Below, piece after piece: positions 9,221 to 18,733 of a stretch of DNA of 32,000 nucleotides. The stretch covers positions 600,001-632,000 of the forward strand of contig NC_017080.1 of the NCBI RefSeq assembly GCF_000284115.1, in the 5' to 3' direction. Under the pieces are notes generated by a model. That model was not told the DNA's origin. It saw only the letters and a program-made list of their open reading frames with translations, and did not search any database. The DNA is from Phycisphaera mikurensis NBRC 102666. GTDB taxonomy: Bacteria; Planctomycetota; Phycisphaerae; Phycisphaerales; Phycisphaeraceae. Each line of letters starts with the position of its first letter. The first letter of the stretch is position 1. A program made the translations under genes and the position numbers.

Positions 9221-10282
9221 TCACCCGCCGGGGCAACCGACCAGCACCCGCGGCAGCCGCTCGTGGTCCGGCAGCACCGCCGCGTCGGCCCAGCCCGCCG
9301 CCACCGCCAGTTCCAGCGCCGCGTCGGCGTGCGACGCCGCCAGCTCGAACGCCGCCCGGCCGCCGGGCGCGAGAACGCCCGCCGCGCCCGCGATCAGCGG
9401 CCGCAGCAGGTCCAGGCCGTCCGGCCCGCCGCGGAGCGCCAGCGTCGGCTCGTGGTCTTTCACCCCCGGCTCCACCGCGTCCCACTCGGCGTCGGGGATG
9501 TACGGCGGGTTGCTGACGAGCCAGTCGAAACGCTCGCCCGCCAGCGGCTCCAGCAGCGACCCTTCGCGGAAGTCGACCCGTCCGGCCAGCCCCAGCCGCT
9601 GGGCGTTGCGGGCCGCGACGCCCAGCGCGTCGGCGGAGACGTCGGTTGCCACGGCGCTCGCCTCCGGCAGGCTCTTGAGCAGCGCCAGCGCGATCGCGCC
9701 GCTCCCGGTCCCCACGTCCGCGACGCGGACCGGCCCGGCGCCGCGGACCGCGGCCGTTTCGGCGTCCGCGGGCCCGCGGTCCGCGGGCGCGTCTCCGCCC
9801 GGCCGCGGCTTCGCCTCCGCCGGGGCTTCGGCTTCTTCCTCACGCTCCGCCCGCGCCCGGACCGCCTGCAGCACGTGCTCCACGAGCGCCTCGGTCGAGG
9901 GCCGCGGCACCAGCACCGCCGGCGAAACCTCCAGGGTCAGCGTGAAGAAGGGCGTGGTGCCGACGAGGTGGTCCACCGGTTCGTGCCGGAGCGCCCGCTT
10001 GACGAGCCCGCGGAAGTCGGCGAGCTCATCGGGCGACGCCGGCCGCTCCGCCTCCATGTACAGCCGCAGCCGCTCGGTCCGCAGCACGTGCGCCAGCAGC
10101 ATCTCCGCCCGCACGCGCGGGGACTCCAGCCCGCGTTCCTCGAAGCGCCTGGTCGTCCACCTCAGCAGCTTCCGGGTCGTCCAGGGCTCGTCGGTCTCCG
10201 CGATGGTCGACGCTAGCGCACCGCGCGCAATTTTCCGATCGCCTCTGCGGGCGAGTCGTGCCCCTCGCTTCGTCGGCTGCAT
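9221..10282 (-). CDS. prmC: Peptide chain release factor N5-glutamine methyltransferase (HemK/PrmC)
   Basis: HEPVDHLVGTTPFFTLTLEVSPAVLVPRPSTEALVEHV, VADVGTGSGAIALALLKSLP and the NPPY signature (VSNPPYIPDAEW). The start is uncertain; the track ORF extends to 10465 but runs into the IS. ATG at 10282 is the first upstream ATG outside it. Confidence 0.88.
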   Translation of the reverse strand: MQPTKRGARLARRGDRKIARGALASTIAETDEPWTTRKLLRWTTRRFEERGLESPRVRAEMLLAHVLRTERLRLYMEAERPASPDELADFRGLVKRALRHEPVDHLVGTTPFFTLTLEVSPAVLVPRPSTEALVEHVLQAVRARAEREEEAEAPAEAKPRPGGDAPADRGPADAETAAVRGAGPVRVADVGTGSGAIALALLKSLPEASAVATDVSADALGVAARNAQRLGLAGRVDFREGSLLEPLAGERFDWLVSNPPYIPDAEWDAVEPGVKDHEPTLALRGGPDGLDLLRPLIAGAAGVLAPGGRAAFELAASHADAALELAVAAGWADAAVLPDHERLPRVLVGCPGG

Positions 10283-10360
10283 CGCCCTGCAGGGGCAGGG
10301 CTGCTTCGCCTCCTCACGAGGAACACGACACGCGGACGCAGGCCGATCGGAAAATTGCGC
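10225..10360. repeat. Long imperfect inverted repeat with 17 bp perfect ends (GCGCAATTTTCCGATCG ... CGATCGGAAAATTGCGC)
   Basis: Left end 10225-10241, right end 10344-10360, exact reverse complements. Inner arms partly complementary (shared TCGTG / CCTGC blocks). Confidence 0.75.
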
Positions 10361-10368
10361 ACGATGCT

Positions 10369-11807
10369 CTAGCAGGCCGCTGCAGAAACCCACTGCCGGA
10401 TCGTTGGCTTGAGGCACGGGGGTTGTCTGCGAATTCGTCGGCCAGCGGCGGGTGATCCGCCGCATCGTCGGGGGATTTTCAGCCGCTCGAACGGCGGCAG
10501 CACGGTGGGATCACCCACCGATCCAGCCATCGGCCTCTACGCCGCCATCAGGTTCCTCAGCCTCACCAGCGTCAGCCCCGCCGCGGCGATGTGCCACTGC
10601 TGTTGGATCCGCTTTCGACCCACCAGACGCGCCTTGCTCAAGAGTGCGTGGCTCTTCAACCAGCCAAACGGCTCCTCCACTTTCTTGCGTTTCCGCTGGC
10701 TGATCGCGTAGCCGCGGTCCCGCAGCTTCCGCCGGAAGTTGCGGAGCCTGGCCGCCAGTTTCGGCCGGTCCGCCTTCTTCGGCCCCCTCCGCCCGCCGGG
10801 CCGACGCTCGCGGCTGGGGGCAACGTGCGGGGTCGCCCCCCGGTCTTCGAGCTCGCGAAGAAACGCGCCGGCGTCGTAGCCGGCGTCGGCTCCGACCGTG
10901 CGGGCGCTGATCCCGTGGGTCGTCTTGAGCGTGTCGACCAGTTCCAGGGCCGTCTCCCGCTCAGCGAAGCCGTTGGCCTCGGAGAGCTTCATCCCCACGA
11001 TGATGCCGCTGCGGTTGTCCACCAGCAGGTGGCCCATGTGCGAGAGCTTGGCGGGCTGGCCGTCGCCCTTGCGGTAGAGCTTGGCCTCCGGATCGGTCAC
11101 GCTGCGGTGCGTGGCGTTGCTGCGCTTCTGGCCGTGGAAGTCTTGCTCGGGGTTGCGGCTCTTGAAGCCACCGGTGCCGCCGGGACCCTTGTCGTGGTCC
11201 TGATCGTCGCCGCCGCAGTGCTGCTTGCGGGCTTGAGCGGCATCGGCGGTGGCGTTGGGCACGAAGCTCTTGATGGAGCCGTGGCTCTCGATGAGCGTGC
11301 CGTCGACGCTGAAGTGCTCGGTGGAGACCTTGCCCGTGTCGATGGCCAGCTTGGTGACGGCGGTGAAGAACTTCTCGGCGAGCTTGTGCTTGATCAGCCG
11401 GTCGCGGTTGTGGGTGAAGGCGGTGGCGGCGGGGACCGGCTCGGCGGGGTCCATGCCGCAGAACCACCGGAACACCAGGTCGGTGTCGAGGCGGTCGAAG
11501 AGCTTGGCTTCGCTGGAGACGCCGTAGAGCGCCTGCAAGAGCATGAGCTTGAGCAGCCGCTCAGGCGGGACACCTGGGCGGCCCACGTCGGCGTAGGCCG
11601 CGTCGAAGTCGGCGGTCATGTCGCCGAGGATGCGGTCGACGATCCGGCGAATCGGCCGCAGCGGGTGGTCGGGGCGGATGCGTTCTTCGAGGTCGATCGC
11701 GAAGAACATCGGGGACGAGGAAGCGACGCGGCCACGCATGAGAAGGCTCCTGAGGAAGAAGCCTCAGAAGTTAGCGCCATGGACAGGGTTTTGCAGCGGC
11801 CTGCTAG
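10369..11807 (-). mobile_element. Insertion sequence of the IS5 superfamily; element probably 10373-11803 flanked by CTAG
   Basis: Ends CTAG-CAGGCCGCTGCAGAAACCC (left, from 10369) and GGGTTTTGCAGCGGCCTG-CTAG (right, to 11807) form terminal inverted repeats with one indel. CTAG on both sides could be target duplication. Encloses one DDE transposase. Confidence 0.82.
10537..11739 (-). CDS. IS5-superfamily (IS5/IS1182-like) DDE transposase
   Basis: 400 aa. RPDHPLRPIRRIVDRIL, HFSVDGTLIESH (D), VGADAGYDAGAF (D), KKVEEPFGWLK (E). Confidence 0.92.
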   Translation of the reverse strand: MRGRVASSSPMFFAIDLEERIRPDHPLRPIRRIVDRILGDMTADFDAAYADVGRPGVPPERLLKLMLLQALYGVSSEAKLFDRLDTDLVFRWFCGMDPAEPVPAATAFTHNRDRLIKHKLAEKFFTAVTKLAIDTGKVSTEHFSVDGTLIESHGSIKSFVPNATADAAQARKQHCGGDDQDHDKGPGGTGGFKSRNPEQDFHGQKRSNATHRSVTDPEAKLYRKGDGQPAKLSHMGHLLVDNRSGIIVGMKLSEANGFAERETALELVDTLKTTHGISARTVGADAGYDAGAFLRELEDRGATPHVAPSRERRPGGRRGPKKADRPKLAARLRNFRRKLRDRGYAISQRKRKKVEEPFGWLKSHALLSKARLVGRKRIQQQWHIAAAGLTLVRLRNLMAA

Positions 11808-11815
11808 GCCGGGCA

Positions 11816-11852
11816 CCGCGGGGCTGCGGAAGCCGGGTCCGGCCCCCCGCGG
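11816..11852 (-). terminator. Possible hairpin just downstream of purU
   Basis: CCGCGGGG (11816-11823) pairs with CCCCGCGG (11845-11852), 3 bp beyond the purU stop. No U-tract. Confidence 0.3.
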
Positions 11853-11854
11853 CG

Positions 11855-12736
11855 TCACGCCAGCATCGCCGAGAGCCCCGGGCGGAAGACGACCTTGCCG
11901 TCGACCACCACCAGCTTCGCGTCCAGGTGCATCCGCACCGCCTCGGCGAGGATGCGTCCCTCGAGCTTCTGGCCCTTGGCCCGCACGTCCTCGGCCCCGT
12001 CGCGGCCGACGTCGATCGGGAAGACGTCCTGGAGGATGATCGGGCCCTCGTCGAGCTGCTCGGTCACGTAGTGCGCGGTGCAGCCGGCGACGCGGGCGCC
12101 GGCCTCCCAGGCGCGGCGGTACGGGTTCGCGCCCGGGAAGTGCGGGAGCAGCGAGGGGTGGATGTTGATGATCCGCGAGGGGTACGCCGCCACCAGGTCC
12201 GGCGGCACGATCTGCATGTAGCGGGCGAGCACGACCGTGGCGGCGCCGTGCTCCTGGAGCTGCTCCCCGAGCCAGGCGAAGTGCGCCGCCTTGTCGGTGC
12301 TCGCCTTCCACGCGAACGGCAGGCCGGCCTCGGCGGCGACCTCCTGCAGGTCGGGGTGGTTGCCCAGCACGCAGGCGATCCGGCCGCGGAAGCCGTCCTT
12401 CTCCCAGCGGTCGATCAGCACGTCCAGGCAGTGTTGCTCCTTGCTGACGAGCACGGCGACGGCCTGGTCCTTCGGAGACGACGCGAGCGCGACGCGCACG
12501 TCCATGCCGATCTGCCCGCCCTCGGCGACGAGCTCGGGGATCAGCCGCTCCAGGCCGGTCTCGGGGTCGAGCTCGGCGAGGTCCACGAGCATGTCCATGA
12601 GGAAGCGACCGCCGGCGACCTGCTGCTCGAGGTCCAGGATGTTGACGCCGTGGCCGGCGAGGTAGGTGGCGAACCGCGCCACGACGCCCTTTTGGTCTTG
12701 ACCGGAGACGGAGATGACGGCGCGGATCTGGTTCAT
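11855..12736 (-). CDS. purU: Formyltetrahydrofolate deformylase
   Basis: MNQIRAVISVSGQDQKGVVARFATYLAGHGVNI (ACT-like N-terminus) and formyltransferase-fold core VVLARYMQIVPPDLVAAYPSRIINIHPSLLPHFPGANPYRRAWEAGARVAGCTAHYVTEQLDEGPIILQ. Confidence 0.93.
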   Translation of the reverse strand: MNQIRAVISVSGQDQKGVVARFATYLAGHGVNILDLEQQVAGGRFLMDMLVDLAELDPETGLERLIPELVAEGGQIGMDVRVALASSPKDQAVAVLVSKEQHCLDVLIDRWEKDGFRGRIACVLGNHPDLQEVAAEAGLPFAWKASTDKAAHFAWLGEQLQEHGAATVVLARYMQIVPPDLVAAYPSRIINIHPSLLPHFPGANPYRRAWEAGARVAGCTAHYVTEQLDEGPIILQDVFPIDVGRDGAEDVRAKGQKLEGRILAEAVRMHLDAKLVVVDGKVVFRPGLSAMLA

Positions 12737-12928
12737 GGCGGGGGCTCGCAGCGGGCCGCGAGCGTAGGAGGTGCCCGGGAAGGACAGGGAACCGGGCGAC
12801 GCCCCGCGCCTCCCGGCTGCGGGGCCGCGGCGGTCGGGCCCCACCGGCTGCAACCGGCCGCGGCTTGAGGCGGCGGGTTATCAGCCCTTGCGGGGGCGGC
12901 CTCGCGGCGGCACCCCGGCTGGCGCGGC

Positions 12929-13014
12929 GGGAGGCGGCTTGAGGAGCTGCCTATGGGACCCGCGCCGCCTCCCGACAGGTGCCGAACGCCGGCTCCGGGT
13001 GGGGAGGCGGAGCC
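12929..13014 (+). promoter_or_regulatory. Candidate alternating hairpin leader upstream of 13065..14336
   Basis: GGGAGGCGGC (12929-12938) can pair with GCCGCCTCCC (12964-12973), which can instead pair with GGGAGGCGG (13002-13010). A further GGCTCC (12991-12996)/GGAGCC (13009-13014) pairing competes. Confidence 0.25.
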
Positions 13015-13064
13015 GAAGAAGGGCGTCGCCGCTCGCCTGCCCCGCAGCCTCCCCCCGCACCGCC

Positions 13065-14336
13065 ATGCGACACCGCACCCCCGTCCGCCGCTCCGCGCTC
13101 GCCGCCGCCGCCGCGCTGCTCCCGCCCGCCGCCGCCTCGGCGCAGGCCGACCTCTTCGTCGTCACGGCGGAGTCGACCTCCGGCGTGCCCCTCGCCGCCG
13201 ACGCCCGCGGCTCGGACGTGCTGGACCTGCTCGAGGACGCGATCTCCGCCGAGCAGCGCTTCGACGGCTTCGCGGGACGCGACGCCCGCGTCTCGCTGAA
13301 CTACGCCGGCGTGGCCGACGCGGCGACGGTGGACGTCTCCGCCGACGGCCGCTCGGCCACGCTGACGCTCGGGCCCACCGGCTTCACGCGGACCTTCAAC
13401 GCCGACGACCGCGACGGTCTGCAGGACGAGATCGAGGACTTCCTCAAGGAGGACGGCGCGGGCGTCTACGCCGCGTTCCTCGCGGCGCTGCGGGAGCAGA
13501 CGCTCATCAGCGTCGTCGACGGCAACCCCAACGCGGCCACGGCCGTCTTCGGCACGCAGAGCTTCCGCCGCCACGCGGTGCCCGGGCCGGAGGCCTACGG
13601 CGGGCCGCGGGCCCTCAGCTTCGACCTCGACGAGAACCGCGTCGCCTTCGTCCGCTACGAGGGCACGGCCGGCTTGTACGCGTCCGGCGACTTCGAGGGC
13701 ACGCGGTACACGGGGCAGCTGCACGGCGGCGTGGACCTCACCGAGCGGGTGGGCCTCTCCGGGGCGTACACCCTGGGCTATCAGAAGGTGGAGGACGCGG
13801 ACCTCTTCCAAGCGGGCCTGGAGGTGGGCGTGCCGATCACGCTGCTGGGCCTCGCCCCCGCCCACGGCGGCGAGCGCACCGTCTCGCTGCGGCTGGTGCC
13901 GGTGGTGCAGCTCGGCGGCGCCGGCTCGATCGACACCGCCGACGGCGGCGCTTTCTTCGGCTACGGCGGCAACGCGTCGGGCTCGGTCCGCGTGGGCGAC
14001 TTCACCTTCACCGGCGGGCTGGGCCTGGTCGCCTACGACGGCATCGACACCGAGTTCGACGACGACTTCACCTTCGAGACCGACCTGGGCCAGGGCGTGC
14101 TCTCGGCCGGCGGCGAAGTGCTCTGGCGGATCGGCAACGACTTCAGCATCGACGCCGGGGCCAGCTACCACCGCTTCCTCGACGACGCCGCGGTGGAGGA
14201 CTGGTGGAGCCCCACCGCCGGCGTGGCCTGGACCGCCAGCTGGAGCACGCTGCGGGCCGGCTACGAGGCCGACCTGGCCGACGCCGAGGACTTCGACGGC
14301 CACCGGCTGCAGCTGTCCTGGACGGTCTCGTTCTGA
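13065..14336 (+). CDS. Secreted/outer-membrane beta-barrel-like protein
   Basis: In-frame ATG at 13065: MRHRTPVRRSALAAAAALLPPAAASAQADLF. The C-terminal half has alternating amphipathic strands (GVDLTERVGLSGAYTLGYQKV..., GVAWTASWSTLRAGYEADLAD...LQLSWTVSF) with terminal Phe. Confidence 0.7.
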   Translation: MRHRTPVRRSALAAAAALLPPAAASAQADLFVVTAESTSGVPLAADARGSDVLDLLEDAISAEQRFDGFAGRDARVSLNYAGVADAATVDVSADGRSATLTLGPTGFTRTFNADDRDGLQDEIEDFLKEDGAGVYAAFLAALREQTLISVVDGNPNAATAVFGTQSFRRHAVPGPEAYGGPRALSFDLDENRVAFVRYEGTAGLYASGDFEGTRYTGQLHGGVDLTERVGLSGAYTLGYQKVEDADLFQAGLEVGVPITLLGLAPAHGGERTVSLRLVPVVQLGGAGSIDTADGGAFFGYGGNASGSVRVGDFTFTGGLGLVAYDGIDTEFDDDFTFETDLGQGVLSAGGEVLWRIGNDFSIDAGASYHRFLDDAAVEDWWSPTAGVAWTASWSTLRAGYEADLADAEDFDGHRLQLSWTVSF

Positions 14337-14340
14337 TTCG

Positions 14341-14380
14341 CGGACGGTCGCGGACCGTCGCGGACCGTTGCGGACCGTCG
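14341..14380. repeat. Four perfect-register 10 bp tandem units (CGGACSGTYG) between convergent genes
   Basis: CGGACGGTCG CGGACCGTCG CGGACCGTTG CGGACCGTCG, immediately 3' of the 13065..14336 stop. Confidence 0.85.
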
Positions 14381-14438
14381 CGGTTGAGGCCGGTTGGCGG
14401 CGGCGGTCCGCGGGGTACGCGGCCGCCGCGGCCCCGCC

Positions 14439-15974
14439 TCAAGAGCGACGCAGGGCCGCGGCGGCCTCCTCGCGGTCGTCGAAGCGCAGCCGCCGGATCC
14501 CGCCGGCCCCGTCGGAGACCAGCTGGTAGTCCTCGTGGCCCTTGCCGGCGATGAGCACGACGTCGCCGGGGCGTGCGCCGCGGACCGCCGCGGAAATCGC
14601 GGCACGCCGGTCGGGCTCGACGCTCAGCCGCCCGCGGTCCGCGGCCGCCGCGCCGGCGGCGGCGTCGTCGAGGATCCGCCGGGGGTCCTCGGTCCGCGGG
14701 TTGTCGCTGGTGAGCACGGCGGTGTCGGCGCCGGCGAGCGCCGCGGCGGTCATCAGCGGCCGCTTCGTGCGGTCGCGGTCGCCGCCGCAGCCGTACACGA
14801 CGATCAGCCGGCCGGCGGTTGCCGGCCGCAGCGCGGCGAGCACGCGCCCGAGCGCGTCGGGCGTGTGGGCGTAGTCCACGAGCACGCCGGGGAGGGCGGC
14901 CGGGTCGGCGTCCGCCGGCGGGGCGACGGGTTCGAGCCGCCCGGGCACCGGGGCGGCGGCGGCGAGCGCGGCGGCGAGGGCCGCGGGCGTCGCCGCGCCG
15001 GGGCGGCGGCGGGAGGCGACGGACCAGGCGGCGGCCACCGCCTGCAGCGCGTTGCTCACGTTGTGGAGGCCGCCGGTGGTAAGCGTCGCCTCGAAGCGCC
15101 CCCAGGGGCCCGCGAAGGCGGCGGCGGCGGAGGTGGCGCCCAGGGAAGCGACCGCCGCGGTGGCGTCGGCGCCCGCGGCGTCGGCGACCGAGGTGCGCAG
15201 CACGCGGTCCCGCGGCGCGGCGCCGGCGAAGCGGCTTGCGGCCGGATCGTCCGCGTTCACCACCGCCACGCCGTCGGCGGCGAGCTGCCCGAACAGCCGC
15301 GCCTTCGCGTCGGCGTAGGCCTCCATGGTGCCGTGGTAATCCAGGTGGTCACGCGTGAGGTTCGTGAACACGGCGGCGGCGAAGGACAGGCCCGCGGTGC
15401 GGCCCTGGTCGAGCGCGTGGCTGGACGCCTCCAGCGCCGCCGCGGCGAGGCCGTTGCCGCGCATCGCCGCGAAGTGGCGGCGCAGGCCGATCGCCCCCGG
15501 GGTCGTCAGCGTCGCGGGCGCCGGCCCGCCGCCGGTGTCGACGCAGACGGTGCCGAGCAGGCCGCACGGCACCCCGAGCGCCGCGAGCAGGTGCCGGGTG
15601 AGCGTGGCGACGGTGGTCTTGCCGTTGGTGCCGGTCACGCCGACGAGGGCGAGGCCGTCGGCGGGGCGGCCGAAGAGAGCGTCGGCGACGCGGCCGGCGG
15701 CGGCTTGGTCCAGCGGCCGTCCCGCCGGCATGCGGAACAGCGGGAGCCCGGCGCCGGCCCCGCATCCGGCCGGCACGACCGCCGCGGCGGCCCCGCCGGC
15801 CGCCGCCTCCGCCAGCCGATCCGGGCCCCCGGAGCCGCCTCCGCGCAGCAGGAACAGGTCGCCGGGCTCCAGCGTCCGCGTGTCGTCGCTCACGCCGGTG
15901 ACGCGGGCGCCGGCGGCGTCGCCGACGGGATCGGCGCCCGCCGCGGCGGCCAGCAAAGCGGCGTCGTGCTCCAT
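14439..15974 (-). CDS. murE: UDP-N-acetylmuramoyl-L-alanyl-D-glutamate--2,6-diaminopimelate ligase
   Basis: ALVGVTGTNGKTTVATLTRHLL (P-loop), FTNLTRDHLDYHGTMEAY, TSDNPRTEDPRRI (DNPR motif of mDAP-specific MurE). Start taken as ATG at 15974 rather than the upstream shadow extension. Confidence 0.93.
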   Translation of the reverse strand: MEHDAALLAAAAGADPVGDAAGARVTGVSDDTRTLEPGDLFLLRGGGSGGPDRLAEAAAGGAAAAVVPAGCGAGAGLPLFRMPAGRPLDQAAAGRVADALFGRPADGLALVGVTGTNGKTTVATLTRHLLAALGVPCGLLGTVCVDTGGGPAPATLTTPGAIGLRRHFAAMRGNGLAAAALEASSHALDQGRTAGLSFAAAVFTNLTRDHLDYHGTMEAYADAKARLFGQLAADGVAVVNADDPAASRFAGAAPRDRVLRTSVADAAGADATAAVASLGATSAAAAFAGPWGRFEATLTTGGLHNVSNALQAVAAAWSVASRRRPGAATPAALAAALAAAAPVPGRLEPVAPPADADPAALPGVLVDYAHTPDALGRVLAALRPATAGRLIVVYGCGGDRDRTKRPLMTAAALAGADTAVLTSDNPRTEDPRRILDDAAAGAAAADRGRLSVEPDRRAAISAAVRGARPGDVVLIAGKGHEDYQLVSDGAGGIRRLRFDDREEAAAALRRS

Positions 15975-16146
15975 CGCCGCAGCGTACGGAGCCGCCGGCG
16001 CCCGCCCGCCGGCCCGCCCGCCCGCCGGCCCGCCCGCCCGCCCGGCCGCGCCCAAGCCGCGGCCCGGAGCGGCCGATAACGCCCCGCCCTCCGCCGCCGT
16101 CCCCGCGGCCCGATGAGTCGGAGAGCGGGCCCGCTCGGCCCGGGGG

Positions 16147-17532
16147 GTGGAAGAGCCAAGCCCGATGCCGAACCGCAACCTCCCGAGCCCCGACCGCTCC
16201 AGCCGCTCCGGCCGCCCCGCGTCCCGTGAGCCCGCCCGCGCCGCCCCGCTGGACACGCTGCGGATGAGCCCCGAGGACAAGCAGAAGCTCGTCGCGTACG
16301 TGGAGTCGCGGGGCAAGGAGGTCGCCGACAACCGCCGCCGCCTCCGCGTCGACTTCCACGGCCGCAAGGTCTTCGGCCGGCTGAGCGTGGAGGAGGGCAC
16401 CGGGCCGCTGTGCTCGCTGGTCCCGCGGAACCTCTCGGTCCGCGGCTTCGCGTTCGTCCACGGCGTCTTCGTCAACGTGGGGATGCGTTGCCGGCTCACG
16501 CTGCCGATGCTCGGCGAGCGCTGGGGCGAGGTATCCGGCACCGTCAGCCGCTGCCGGCACCTCCAGGGGATCGTGCACGAGGTTTCGGTGACCTTCGACG
16601 GCGAGATCGACCTCGCCGACTTCGTCCACCTCACGCCCGGCCAGAAGCGGCGGATCGAGGAGGAGGCGCTGGCCGGTGCGGCAACCCGCCAGCCCGAGCC
16701 CCAGACCGCGCCCGAGACCAAGCCCCGGACCGAGCACGCACCCGAGCACGAGCCCGGGCCCGCGGCCGCCACCGCGCCGCCGCCGGCGGCGGGCGCCCGG
16801 GTGATGCTGGTCGATCCCGACGCGACCTCGCGGTCCCGCACGGAGGCGGCGCTGGCGGCCGCCGGGCTGCGGGTGCAGGCTTTCGGCACCAACCACGCGG
16901 CGCGCGCGTCGTGCGAGGCCGCGCCCCCCGGCGACGAGGGGCCGGCCGCGATCCTGCTCTGCGGTCACCCCGGCCCCCAGCGGTCCGGCGTCGCGGAGCT
17001 GCGCTTCGACCCGGTCGCGCTCGCCGGGCACCTGCGCCGCCGGGGCCTCACCAGCCCGATCCTGCTCCTCCTGAGCGAGGGGCAGGAGGCCGCCACCGTG
17101 CAGCGCCGGGCGGCGATGGCGGGGGTGACCGAGCTCGTGCCCGCCGGCAGCGACCCGGTGCGGCTGGCGGAACGGGTCGTCGCCCAGGCCCGCCACTCGG
17201 CGGCGAGCCGCGGCCTCGACCCGCTCCGCAGCACGCGCACCGCGGGCCCCGAGGTCGCCGCCTTCGCCGCCTCCGCCGCGGGCTACCGCGAGCGGCTCCG
17301 GCGGCCGGGCACGGCCGAGCGGCCCGGCCTCCTGCGGGGCGCCTGCGAGGAACTCACCGTCACCGCGGTGCAGGCGGGCTTCGCGGCCGTCGCCACCGCG
17401 GCCCACGCCCTGCAGGCCGCGGCCGACGACGCGGCGGCGGGGCGGCCGGGTGTCCAGGCCGCGATCGACCGCCTCGACGGCCTGCTCCGCCGGGTCGAGG
17501 CCGCGTACCCGCGCGACCGCCGGGCGGCGTAG
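16147..17532 (+). CDS. PilZ-like protein with a degenerate receiver-like domain and possible C-terminal HPt-like region
   Basis: RRRLRVDFHGRKVFGRL...LCSLVPRNLSVRGFAF (PilZ-like), RVMLVDPDATSRSRTEAALAAAGLRVQAF (receiver-like N-terminus), FAAVATAAHALQAAADD...IDRLDGLLRRVEAAY (HPt-like helices, tentative). Confidence 0.75.
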   Translation: MEEPSPMPNRNLPSPDRSSRSGRPASREPARAAPLDTLRMSPEDKQKLVAYVESRGKEVADNRRRLRVDFHGRKVFGRLSVEEGTGPLCSLVPRNLSVRGFAFVHGVFVNVGMRCRLTLPMLGERWGEVSGTVSRCRHLQGIVHEVSVTFDGEIDLADFVHLTPGQKRRIEEEALAGAATRQPEPQTAPETKPRTEHAPEHEPGPAAATAPPPAAGARVMLVDPDATSRSRTEAALAAAGLRVQAFGTNHAARASCEAAPPGDEGPAAILLCGHPGPQRSGVAELRFDPVALAGHLRRRGLTSPILLLLSEGQEAATVQRRAAMAGVTELVPAGSDPVRLAERVVAQARHSAASRGLDPLRSTRTAGPEVAAFAASAAGYRERLRRPGTAERPGLLRGACEELTVTAVQAGFAAVATAAHALQAAADDAAAGRPGVQAAIDRLDGLLRRVEAAYPRDRRAA

Positions 17533-17613
17533 CGCACCACGGGCGAGCGCGGCGGAGCGACGATCCGGTTCCCGGACGCGGCCACGCCCGCACGCCCGCA
17601 CGCCCCGCGGCGG

Positions 17614-18669
<1,056 letters not shown>

Positions 18670-18733
18670 CGGTTCAGCGTAAAGCCGGCGACGCTCGCCG
18701 CCGCTCCGGAACGGGACCGCCGGGGCTTTACCC

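Noticed and set aside
6857-9485. Antisense ORFs of 347, 363 and 589 aa
   Set aside because: Opposite the well-supported + strand genes; biased composition and no recognisable motifs.
10591-12039. 482 aa + strand ORF spanning the IS and part of purU
   Set aside because: Antisense to the transposase, which has clear DDE motifs.
12951-14303. 450 aa - strand ORF opposite the beta-barrel gene
   Set aside because: No signal, composition consistent with antisense shadow; the + strand product has a credible signal peptide and strand pattern.
15974-16892. N-terminal extension of the 817 aa murE ORF
   Set aside because: Extension is Arg/Pro/Thr-rich and overlaps the start of the PilZ gene; MurE homology begins at MEHDAALLAAAAG (ATG 15974).
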